Origin: Proteromonas lacertae
Lineage: Eukaryota
Assembly (NCBI GenBank): GCA_002245135.1
Contig: NGBS01000032.1
Location: 1-64,000, forward strand
Length of the DNA: 64,000 nt
Direction: 5' to 3'
Of the stretch, positions 1 to 12,497 are shown in pieces; within the stretch, counting starts at the first letter, position 1; every line of letters starts with the position of its first letter. Made by a program: the position numbers and the translations under genes. Under the pieces are notes generated by a model, which saw only the letters and a program-made list of their open reading frames with translations, did not search any database and was not told the origin of the DNA.

Positions 1-154
1 TTTCTTCTGTCATCTGTAGTGACAAAACAATCTAAACAGACATATCTATTCTTTTAAATATATCTCACATTTTCGTCATATTCGAATCATTAAAATGTAT
101 TTTGAATAAAAACATTTCATAATAGATTTGAAAAAAGATATTTTATCAAAAATC

Positions 155-1280
155 ATGTCTGATTGCATGCCATATTGCTTTTTAGGTAATACAGGGTTGA
201 AAGTGTCCAGAATTGGATATGGAGCGTGGGTAAGTTTTGGAAGTCAAGTAGATGAAGAATTAGCGTATAAGATAATAAAGAAAGCAATTGATAGTGGAAT
301 AAATTTCTTTGATAATGCAGAAGTGTATAATAAAGGTGTAGCTGAAACTATAATGGGAAAAGTGTTTAAGAGATTGAATTTAAGACGAAGTAGTTATGTA
401 ATTACAACCAAATTGTTTTGGGGAAATACTGAAGATGAAAGTTATCCAAATGACTTTGGTTTATCTCGAAAACATATAATTGAAGGATTAACAGAGTCTT
501 TGAAAAGATTACAATTAGACTATGTTGATGTGGTATATGCTCATCGTCCTGATATGTATACGCCGATGGAAGAAACTGTAAGAGGTTTTCATTATGTAAT
601 TAACAAAGGAATGGCGTTATATTGGGGAACAAGTGAATGGAGTGCTGAACAAGTAAGAGAAGCAATAATATCTTTTTTAAAATATGAATTTGATAGTTTT
701 CCTTAATAGACTTGTGTTTAAGAGATTAGTAAGAGATTGGGATTAATTGGTCCAATAGTTGAACAACCACAATATAATATGCTTCATCGTGAAAAGGTAG
801 AAAAAGAATATTTACGTTTGTATGAAACAGATAAACTTGGTTTAACAATTTGGTCACCTTTAGCCAGTGGTGTATTAACAGGTAAATACAATGATGGAAT
901 TCCTGAAGGAAGTAGATTGAATTTAAGTGAAATGAAATCATTAAAAGATTCAATATTAGATGGTACAAGATTTGGTAAATTTGAAGATGTTCAGAAGTTA
1001 TGCAAAGAGTTAAAGGTGATAAGTGATAAAATAGGATGTAGTGAAGCTCAATTAGCTTTGGCTTGGGTATTAAAGAATGAAAATGTGAGTGTAATGTTAC
1101 TTGGAGCTTCAAAAGTAGAACAGCTTGAAGAAAATATCAAATGTCTTGAAGTATTACCAAAATTAACAAAAGAAGTAATGGAAGATGTATATTCAATTAT
1201 TTATTTCATTTTTATAGATTGAAAAGATATTAAAGAATAAACCAACACCTTTCCCAGATTGTAGAACATGGAATAATTAA
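155..1280 (+). CDS. Aldo-keto reductase, voltage-gated K+ channel beta subunit (KCNAB/KAB1)-like; 3 exons
   Basis: Motifs LGNTGLKVS, GINFFDNAEVY, GLSRKHIIEG, WGTSEWSA, EQPQYNML, WSPLASGVLTGKY. Introns 668-721 (non-canonical) and 1187-1217 (GT-AG); stop TAA 1278-1280. Confidence 0.93.
668..721 (+). other. U12-type (minor spliceosome) intron with AT-AA termini (alternative acceptor AG at 723-724)
   Basis: 5' end ATATCTTTT; branch site TTCCTTAAT at 699-707. Removing it restores SAEQVREAI-EISKRLGLIGP in frame and removes the in-frame stops. Confidence 0.8.
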
Positions 1281-1313
1281 ACTTAATCGTATTTTATATT
1301 TTTATGTTTTGAT

Positions 1314-4300
1314 TTAAAATGGATAAAAATACTTACTACATTTGAGACATCTAACAACATTGGTTGATGGAACTGGAGGATAAGTTACAGAGAGTAAAGG
1401 AATTTGTGAAGGATATGGATGATCAGCAAAATATTCATCATAACCAACTAAATCTTCAGGATAATACTTTTCATATTCTTCTAATCTAAGTGATTTATTC
1501 ATCGGCTGAATATAATTTAAACCATTATGATCACATTCATTAAAATCATTATGTTTACTCAGAAATACCATTTTGATTGTTGTTAAAGGAGTAAATAATA
1601 ATTCTTTTATAATTCTTCCCCATGAAGACTTCTCTGTTCTATCATCATTGCAGTAATACCAAGGATTATTTTCATCATCATATTGTTCCATATTTCTACT
1701 ATTACTTCTTCTAAAATAACATGTATAATGACCAGCTTCATAAGTACCACAATGCAAAATCACACCATATAAATCATACTTATATGTTTGATTATGATTA
1801 TTACTTAAATTCACATTTGTTGTTAAATTGATAAACTATTTTGATAAAAACGATTAATATAGTATATACTCTTGTTAACTTATTCATATCACCTGGAATT
1901 ACAGATTCTATATTCACTAATAAATATTGAGGCATATTATCTGATACAAACATATTTGAATCTAAAATATATAGATGTAAATATTACTAAAAATATATAC
2001 AAACATATGATAAAGTGTTTTTTTTACATCTTTTACATTCTCTTTCACTATTTTCTATATCATACAAGCATGATGTGATGATATCTTCCAATGAGTAACT
2101 TTTACTAACATATTCATAATATCTGTTCATAAACAAATATTTATTGTCAATATATTTCACTTGATACATTTCTATATCTTTCATCTTTAAACTCCCTATT
2201 AATTCATTAGATGGTGAATAAACATCTAATTTATGTTTCTCATTTGTGTTTTCTTTCAAATAATTATAAGAATATATATTTCCTTTTTCATAATAATCAA
2301 CTGTTAAGTTTTTATTATCATTATTGTCAATTACTATTTAATAAATATATTATTTATACTAGCAATCATTTTGTTCATATAATAACCGATATATCCAATT
2401 GATGAATATTTACATTTTGTAATATCTATTCTGATATTAGGTACAGAATAAGATTCATAAATTGACGAAGTTTCATTATTGAGTGATAGTGGAAATATTG
2501 ATTTAAAAGAAATACTTGCAACACTATCATAATTCAATTTATGAATATGCAATAAATTTCTATTATTTTGAAATTCAAATAATAATCCATTACATTTACC
2601 ATTCACATTTGAAAAACTAAAACCATAATTATCTTCATCACCTGATATACCAAATACACCTGTATAATTCTCCATTGTCTTGATATTATTATCATAATAA
2701 TTAAAACAGATTTCATATATTCTACATGGCTTATCAAATCTAATTCGATTCTTTCTATCAAAACTAAAATAATATTCAACACCACATTGAAGAGGAAGAC
2801 TATAATATTATAATCTATACATAATAACATACATTTGATTGTAATTCACTATTTCATATCCAGGTAGAACATCTTTCTGTTTATGTAATATTTTAATGTC
2901 TGATGGGATTTTTGAGTATTTTATATTCTTGTTTTGATTGTATATATTCTGCTTTCTATAATATTCTTTTGATATTTCATTTTCTGTTAAACAATTTGGT
3001 ATTATTGGATAATTCTTTTTATAATATAAATACATCTATAAATAATAACATTAATGTTAATAGTTATACATAACCATGTAATTCGCAGGAATATTCATAA
3101 CCATTTGGAGTTACATTATTATTCTCTAAAACAATTAAATCTGTAATTGGTTCTTCATCATTTTTATAACTACAATAGATTGTTCTACCATTAAATCTAA
3201 TCTCTATATCACTCTTATGCTTTCTTTTATCACCAATATATGTTAAATACTTTTCTTTTTTTCTTTACTTCTTAATACACATAATGCTTCTTTTATCTAG
3301 TATTTTATAAATCATTGTTAATATTATACATCTTTTTCATAAAATGAACTACAAACATCGAGATATTCTTTATTATTATTGCTATTATTGTTCATAATAG
3401 TCAATCTATTTTTTATTTCTTCCTATTTATAATATATATATATTCATAATTAAGATATACAAAACTCAAGACAATTACATCATATATTGGAAAAAAATTC
3501 TTTGGTAAACTACTATCAAATATGTATTGTTCATTCGCATCATTACTCCTCATATTCCCACATTCCATACAATACACTGATTGACAAACATTACTACATA
3601 ATAATGAAGATATTTCTTTACATGTTGAAGGTAAAACATCAGAAACTAAAAATTGAATAAATTCTGATGAATCTTGTTGATTATTCTTTGTAAATCTATC
3701 ACCCCCATTTATATTTTTAAGACTTTCGATTATATTATTCGGTAATACACTTGAATATCCTATATCTAATTCATGAAGAACAATAAATATATTCTTTATA
3801 ACTATTCAAATAATAACATTACTATACAATCATTTGAAGTATTTACTATGTATGATAATTCTAATATTTCATTAGAATGGTATAATGCCTGTAACGCACT
3901 AATCATATAACATGCATTTTGAACTCCAGGTGCATTTGCATTCTTAATACCAACTCTATGATCATTATAATGATTATATATTATTGGTATTTCAATTGTT
4001 GATCTTTCTTTCTCATTTCCAGTATCTCTTTTACTATTGTTCAAATATATAACAATATATTGATTATACTTTTCATGAAATATCAATTTATCACCATTTT
4101 CTTTTACTTCCAATAAACTTTTGGAATTATGGTCAAATTTACCTTCATAACCATAACGAGTAGATTTTTTTATTCTACCTTTTATTACTTCATTTGTCAT
4201 TAAATAACATCCTTCAAAATAAGCTATATTATCATCATCGCATGGTATTGTATGTATGAAAATACGATCTTCAAGTGCAGAACCATATAATCCATTTGGA

Positions 4301-4885
4301 TAATGTGATTTTTGAGGTTGTAAATAGAATAAATCCACCAATGGTGATGAATTAAAGTATCTCTATTTCATATATATATAACATCAAAATATACTATGTA
4401 CATAGCTGAATATAATTTATTTTGTTGGTATAAAGGTAATCTTTGCATTGTCAAAATTATCAACTTTTTTATATATTCATCCATTTGTTTATTATTTACA
4501 CTATACATTACATAATATATTATTTATACTATGTTCTTATTATTGAAAACAAATAACTAATAAAATTAACACTAATCAAAACTTCTGAGTCTATTATTGG
4601 ATATTTTAACAACATAATCAATGCTTCAGCACATTCATTACATAAACCAGTATTATATTGTTGAAGTAAGACAATCTTTGCATATAGGATAGGAATTAAA
4701 CATCTCGCAAGATATTGGAATTTTCTCCACATTCCATATCTGTTTAATACACTAAATGTTCTATTTAAGTCATCTTTACTCATAGACCAAAGCATATTAG
4801 TAAATTGATTTTGGTTTGGGCTACATTCACTGATTTTAATTAATTCATCAATATAATAAATCACTAAAGTCTCTATATTATCCAT
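1314..4885 (-). CDS. Ubiquitin-specific protease (peptidase C19), multi-exon, with a large insertion in the catalytic domain
   Basis: Cys box GVQNACYMISALQALYH, QQDSSEFI, His box YDLYGVILHCGTYEAGHYTCY, WYYCNDD. Many ~30-nt GT-AG introns; one apparent homopolymer frameshift near 3260. Confidence 0.85.
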
Positions 4886-5182
4886 ATTTACAAAAAATAG
4901 AAAATGAGCAAGCTTAAGCTTGAATTTTTATTTTACATAACTCACCATAGTTTGCACATAAAGAAGAATGAATTATTTTTTTATATATTATTTAACTAGT
5001 GAGAATTTTGAATAGTAAGTTAAAGTGTTATTTCTACAATTAACACTTTAGTTATCATTTCTTTAATAGAATATATGATTATTTATTTTATATTATGATG
5101 ATGAAATTCTTCTATAACGAAATAAAATTATGAATTTCTCATAACTATTATTATTTCACTAAAACATAATTATTCATTCAAT

Positions 5183-5457
5183 CTATCCAACTGTTGGTGG
5201 AATTACTACCTTATTGGCACTATCAAATACTACTCGAACTCTGTCCATACGATAATCCATTGTAGCTGGTTGATTCTATTTAATTTAAATATCATTCTTT
5301 TAATAACATACTTCACCTAATTTCACTACATTCAAAGATGGGTTTTGTTCTTTGATTAGTCTTACTACTTCATCAGCATCATGACCAACTAAATCTGGCC
5401 AACTATATGTAAATATAACATAACTCAATACCTATTTTGTGAAGCTTCTGAAGACAT
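5183..5457 (-). CDS. Potato inhibitor I family (I13, eglin/CI-2-like) serine protease inhibitor, ~69 aa, 3 exons
   Basis: Spliced product MSSEASQNSWPDLVGHDADEVVRLIKEQNPSLNVVKLGENQPATMDYRMDRVRVVFDSANKVVIPPTVG*; carries the WPxLVG, TMDYRxDRVRV and PxVG hallmarks. Confidence 0.92.
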
Positions 5458-5562
5458 CTGTAATTAAGAAAATCAAAGATTTTAAAATCTAAAATGAAAA
5501 ATAGAAACGGCTTTATTTATTACAATTCATAAAACACAATTATTACACAACATATAAATACA

Positions 5563-7188
5563 TTAAGATGTTATTTTCATCATATTTCTACATACATGAT
5601 CACATTCAGGACATTTATCATTATCTTCAAACCATTTAGTAAAATGTTTCATATGACCACCATGATGACATACACTACACCAAATATAAATACCAATTAC
5701 TGGTAAATGACAAAACATACATATTGTCTTCCCTTTTACTTGATCAATTCTACTGGATTGTTCATGATCATGATTTCTTCCAAATAGATTTGGTTTTACA
5801 TCCAAAGAACACATTCTTGTAGCTTCAGTATGAAGATTTAATGATCTTAACAAATCTATAAATTCACTATACCAATTCTCTAATATTTCTTTATTAAATA
5901 TTTTAAGACAATAATCTTGAAAACACAACACTATAAATATATAATGAAATATATCACTTTCTTCTATATAATACAATATCAACTCTTTTATTAAATCTAA
6001 TCTTTCTTTTTCATTGAATATCTCACATTTTAATGGAATTATTGATATTAATATTGACCAACATTCACTTATATCATTTCGATTCACTTTCTCAGCTATT
6101 TTACTATTGTGATTTAATATTTCTATTGTATTTCCTATTTTATAATTATTCACTAAATATTTTATTGTTTCTATTTCTGGTAAACCTATCAATTCTCTAT
6201 CCAATTCATATATCTTTATATTCTCACATACTGCACTTCTTGTTCTAATTGTGTTATCTCTATCTTTTTCTTCATTATAATTATAGAGATTGTTTGATTT
6301 ATCATAATACAAACAATTCATTGGTAGAATACTCTTCACAGATAATGATTCAGTTATCTTGCTTACTTCTAATGAATTTCCACTTTCACCAATATTTATT
6401 ATATAATCTTCTTTACTTTTATTATTTGAATCACCTGGAATTCCAGTCCATTTCAATTCAGTTGATTTAAATCGATTTGTTTCAATTATATATTCAGATC
6501 GATATTTTTGTCTTGTATCCCAAATATGTGTATCTGGTGATAACATTGAACCTATCGCTATTTGATCTATTCATTATTATTATTGATATTATAAATATTA
6601 ATACTTTCATAGTTTGGTCTCCAATCCATCGATATTACACTATTCTCAGCATATAATGTATTTATTCTTTTAAAATTACTAAAATCACTCACATCCCATA
6701 TCTAAATAATAATATTAAATTACTATTCATACATTTACAGTTTTATCTCTTCCACCAGTTGCTATTATATTGGGATTTATTTTACTGTGTTTTATACATA
6801 ATGTTGGACCATTATGACTTTTATTCTCAAAACCACTATCTTTATTCATTCGAATATCAAATATCATCACTATTCCATCATCTGTTCCATATATTATATT
6901 ATTACTATTAAATGGATCAGTTTCAATGGTTCTAATGCAATTGTTATATTTATTACAATAGATTAAATTACTTGATAGATTTCTTTTATCAAAGCTGTAG
7001 ATTTGACCATTTCTACATCCTGTATATAATATATTTATATCACTATTACACCATTTTATACAGGCTACATTATCACAATTATCTTTACATATATTTGAAC
7101 CATAGTTTGAACCAGATAAATGAACATTCCAAAATATTATTTGTCCTGAGTGACTAGCAGTTGCTACTACAGAATCTATACATCCATA

Positions 7189-7225
<37 letters not shown>

Positions 7226-7488
7226 TCATACTATCATTTGGATTCCATTTTATATCACAAATACTTGTTATTGTTTGTCTTTTAGAGGCTCGTAGAGATT
7301 TTCTATCTTTTATTTTCCAGTTACTGTTACTTTCAAATTCAATGTAATTTAACACTAGATCAAGTCATTAAGTAAGAAGCAATACCATTCTTTCCTCCAA
7401 CTAAACAATGAACACCATCAGGAGATATATCAAAGTGAATTAATTCAAATGATCTGATATTATCAAGACAAATATGAGTTGTTGGCAT
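5563..7488 (-). CDS. WDR24: GATOR2/SEA complex WD40 protein with C-terminal RING (WDR24/Sea2-like)
   Basis: WD repeats (IKWNP, IATGGRDKT) and C-terminal CMFCHLPVIGIYIWCSVCHHGGHMKH..WF..CP.C.H.C, which resembles WDR24 more than WDR59. Confidence 0.8.
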
Positions 7489-7546
7489 TTTATCAAACAA
7501 AAATAAATAAATGAAACGAATATATTTTCGGTAATTGTTTTAAATT

Positions 7547-8786
7547 TTATAATTCTGTTTCTTCTACTGAGAAACCTCTTCTTCTCATCATTATTGCTTC
7601 TTTTAATCGATTTAACATTGTTGGTGTTAATAAATTTCGATGTAAAACAATATTATTTAAATAATATCCTCCACCTTTCATTAAACAATCTTTTATTATT
7701 TTACCTCCAGCATAACCAATTGAATTATCGTTTAAATACAATTCTTCTAATGTATTACTATTATTACTTTCTAAATATTCACATAATTTTATTGCTCCTT
7801 CATTGGAAATCTTATTCTCACCTAAATTCAATTTTCTCAGATTTGGTAATAATCCTTCTATACAAATATCACTTAATATTGAAACACCTGGATCACAGAT
7901 TCTATTTCCAACTAATGATAATACACAGATTGAATAACTATTTCCCAATGAAAAACCATCACAGAGTATTTCTACTCCAATATCAGTTATATTATTATCT
8001 ATTATTTTTATACGATTATTCTCAAATACATACAATCAACATACAATTCTTCTAAGTTTGGTAGTTCATTTTCTTCTAATAAATGCAATATACATTCGCA
8101 TCCTCTATCTTTTAAATTAGTTGCTAATATAAATATATATTAAATAAAATTAAGAAATACAGGAGATGTTTAGATAAGCAAGATTCTCAAAACAACCATG
8201 TTTGGGAATAAAATTATACCATCCATATTCAGTTATTTCATTATCTATTAATACAATAAAAGATTAATTATTTATAATATTACTATGTAAATCTATATAA
8301 GTTAAATCAGGAAATATGTAATTGTGAAATGTGGTGTTTATTAATGTATTAAATCCTATCATTGTAAAACTGTTATAAGATAAATTGATTTTATTTAAAT
8401 TAGGAAATATACTAGGATTTAATATTTCAACTAAATTATTCATTGCTTTATCACCTATGAAATTGTGTTGGAAATTTAAACATTCGATCTTTTCAAAACA
8501 TCTATATGACTTTATTTTCTTCACCATTATTTCACAATTATTATCGTTTAATCCAATAAAGTATATACTCTGTAAATTGGGAAATGAAGCAAGAAAATCA
8601 AAACACTTTTCTTTTTTATCTTCTATATGACGATTCACATTTATTCTCAATGATCTAATACACTAATAATAAGAATTGAAATCATACTGTCTCAATTGCA
8701 TTTCTAAAATTACTGCTTCTCTTCAATAGCCCCATTAATGTTGAATTATCACAATATGATAATATATTAACCAAATTTTCATCCAT
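7547..8786 (-). CDS. RNI-like leucine-rich repeat protein, possibly with an F-box-like N-terminus; 5 exons
   Basis: Repeated LxxLxLxxNxIxxxG units; four GT-AG introns join the exons in frame. Confidence 0.8.
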
Positions 8787-8954
8787 TAATCAAAAATCAA
8801 AGAAAATAAGCAATACAAAGTATTCTATGTGTTAAATGTATTGCTATTTATATTTTTGTTTATCCAAATTAATCTAAAATTTAAAAAAATTAAAAAAAAT
8901 AAACCAAAATTTCCCCTTAAAGTGGTGATAATTTTCATAAAATATTAATTTTTG

Positions 8955-10268
8955 ATGAATGAGAGTAATAGAGATCTTTCTATAGAAAAATCAACTCAGA
9001 AAAGAGTAGTTCAGACGATATCAAACAGAATACCTAACTTTATTGTTGATAATGACAATTTGAACAAAGCATTAGAGAAATTACCTTCAAATTATGATTT
9101 TGAAATTCCTAAAACCATACATACAATACTTAAAAATAAATACAAATGTGTAGGTCTTCAGTTTCCAGAAGGTCTTATAATGTATTTTTTTATATAACAA
9201 TAAATAGATATTCATGTGTTATTAGTGATATATTAACACATTTTACCAAATGTTCAACAGTAATTTTAGGTGATGTAACATATGGTGCTTGTTGTGTTGA
9301 TGATTATACTAGTAAAAACTGTGGTTGTAATTTGTTAGTTCATTATGGACATAGCTGTTTAGTTCCAGTTCAATATATGTCAATAAAAACATTATATGTA
9401 TTTGTAAGAATAAAAATAGATGTTGATCATTTAGTAAAAACAATCGAAAAGAATATTCCAACAAACAACAAAATCTGTTTATTAAGTACAGTTCAATTCA
9501 CAAAATCAATAAATGAAGCCTTAAATATATTGAAAGATAAATATTCAAATATAATTATACCTCAAGAAAAGCCATTAAGTGGTGGTGAAGTGTTAGGCTG
9601 TACATCTCCACAATTAAATGAATATAATACTCTTATATTTGTTAGTGATGGTAGATTTCATATAGAATCTGCAATTATACAGAATCCACATGCCAAATCT
9701 TATAGATATAATCCATATGAGTATATTCAATAGTTTTAATATTATTGCAATAGTAAATCTTTTACAGTAGAAGAATATAATCATGAATTGATGTTAGATA
9801 CAAGATATAAAATGATAATGAAAGCTAACAAATGTAATAAAGTGGGAATAGTAGTAGGCACATTAGGAAAACAAGTAAATATATATATAAAAAATATATA
9901 TAATATATAAATAGGGAAATCCCTCTGTATTAAAAAGAATAGAAGAATTATTAAAAAATCACAATAAAGACTATTTTATCATTTTATTATCAGAAATATT
10001 TCCTTCAAAAGTATAAATATATATATATATATATATATTCTATTATGTGTATAATATCTAGTTGGCATTATTTGATGATGTTGATTATTGGATAGAAATA
10101 GCTTGTCCAAGGTTGTGTATAGATTGGGGAACTGGCTTTTCCAAACCAGTTTTAACTCCCTATGAGTTTTATTGTTGTATTGGTGAATGTGAATATAAAG
10201 CAATTTATCCAATGGATTGGTATAGTGAAAACAGTGGTAAATGGGGTAATTATTATAAAAGTAAGTAA
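8955..10268 (+). CDS. DPH1: Diphthamide biosynthesis protein DPH1; 5 exons
   Basis: LPSNYDFEIPKT, LQFPEGL, GDVTYGACCVDD, VHYGHSCL, GEVLGCTSP, DGRFHIES, GTLGKQG, IACPRL.IDWG, PMDWYS. Confidence 0.95.
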
Positions 10269-12411
10269 AATATTAAGTTTTGTTGATGTTAATGTTTGTG
10301 TATTTGTTAATGATGATAATATAATGTGTTTGATAAAGAATGGCTGAGTTATAAGAATAAAACAAATTATATCGTTTCAGAAAGTTCAAACATAGTTTGA
10401 TATTAAATTTTGATTTTTATAACGAATGAACTTTGATTTCGGAGTTTCAAGTCATAAAAACTTAATAAGTATAGATGTTTTACCCAAATATATTACACCT
10501 GAAGAATTATACCTCGTTTTTGTGTTGTTTATATTGTCTTTCTTATACTGTATAATGAATATTATGATTTAATAGGGTTATTTAAAATCTTATTCAAAAT
10601 CAGATATACATATTATTTAAGTCGATCACTTCGAAATCCAATCGTATAATAAAATATATAACATTTGAATAGATTCTAGATAGTAGTGATTTGTATTGCG
10701 ATAGATCTACTCTGGAGTCAATAGCAGAAACTCATTTAATGGATTTGATAAGTTGTAAATCTCGTTCAATAGTAGCGATACCTTCAATATCTATTCCTTT
10801 TACATATATATCCGAAATCAAAACCGAAAATGATATGCATAGAATGGAAATGTATGTAAATAAAGAAATATCAATACAATTCTTTTATGGAGTTGAATTT
10901 AAGAATGTTACTCATTATATTGATAGAAATGAAAGAGTAAATGTAATAAAATCAGTATTGAAACCATTGAATGGATATACTGATGAAGAAATATTATATA
11001 AAAACACCAATAATGAAATTAATTTTCCATGTTTATCGCAAGTTCCATATTCAAGAACAATTCACAAAGATATATTAAATACATACATGTATAACAATTC
11101 AACCTATGGAGCAACATTATTACCGTTAATATGTTATGTAAAAGAGATAAAAGATTCAATAGAAGAAAAAGAAAATCATTATGAAGAAGTTGATAAATTT
11201 GATGAGAGTTTTATAATATTTGATTATAAAGAAAATTCAAATATCCAAGTTTTATCTTATATAATATTAACAACAGAAAGAGTGTATATAATGAAAGATA
11301 TATTTGATGATGCAGGAGATGGAGAATCAATTGTAAATAATAACAGTAATAAGAAATCCTCATCAAATGCAACTAAATATACATCCAAAACAACAAATAC
11401 TTCCAGAGGATCAAGAAATCAGCGAAGAAATAGATCAAGAAGCCATTTATTCAGTTCATCACAAAGTAGTTCGTATAGAAATAATAACAGAATATCTCAA
11501 AGAGAAATAGGTGGAATGGAAGTAATACCATTGGGTGTAGTAAATGAAGAAAATTCTCAATCTAATAATAATAATAATAATCATAGTAATAGTAGGATGT
11601 TGATTAATACAAGAGATGTATTTAATATAAATGTAACTGATCCATTGTGTAATAGTCATTCTACTTCTCCATTATTGACTAATTCACTGAGTGTAATTGA
11701 TAGTAATAATGATAAAGTCCAATCATCTGAAAATAATAATGTTACATCAAGAACAACAGTAGGAAATATAAATACAACTGAAATAACACCTCCAATAATA
11801 ATGACAACTACTGAAAGTAAAACTGAAACTAGAACAATAGTTGAACCAATAGTAACAAAGAGAGAAGAAAAGAGAAGTAGTAAAACAGAGAAAGATGATG
11901 ATAATGAAAATCAAATTTGTATAATTTGTTTGACAAATAAAGTAAATACAATATTTTTAGGTTGTAGACATAAAATCATCTGTGATGAATGTATAAAAGA
12001 AGTAGATAAATGTCCAGTTTGTCGAAGTATGAATGAAGCATATTTAGTTATATGATTATTTATTAATATTTTTGTAATGAAACAATATTCAAACAATTAC
12101 AAATGTGTAATTTATGTAATTCTATATATAATCATGTTCTTTTGAAAAGTCAAAAATGAAACGACTAAATATTTTGAAACAAAATTGTTTTTCTTGATTT
12201 CTAAGCAAATAAAATGATATAATTAATCTTACCATGATTACTCAAAGATATGAAATAATTTATTGGAATAGACGAAATAAACAGAAGAAATGAGTAGAAA
12301 TGAAGTAGGTTTATAATTGCATCAACAATATGCGGAAGTATATCATGGATGTTGGAAAAATTTAAAATATGGGTAATTAAACAAGAAAAGAAGAAAAAGA
12401 ATATTCAATAA
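10027..12411 (+). repeat. Source copy of a dispersed segmental duplication (second copy 59754-61669)
   Basis: Near-identical sequence from the (TA)n tract in the last DPH1 intron to ...GAATATTCAATAA. Confidence 0.95.
10426..12055 (+). CDS. N-terminal transmembrane, C-terminal C3HC4 RING E3 ligase (CGRRF1/MGRN1-like organisation)
   Basis: Two tiny introns join ATG 10426 to the long ORF; hydrophobic LYLVFVLFILSFLYWLFKILF segment; C-terminal CIIC...GCRH..IC..C...CPVC. Confidence 0.8.
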
Positions 12412-12497
12412 TTGTGAATAAACAATTGTAAATATTTGTTTTAAATTGAAATTACTTTCAAGCATTTATTTAAGTGAGGATGGTAGAGTAAAATTGA

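Noticed and set aside
7190..7230. (ATT)n/(TA)n tracts and the poly-Tyr ORF at 7150-7347
   Set aside because: Intronic microsatellites of WDR24 read on the wrong strand.
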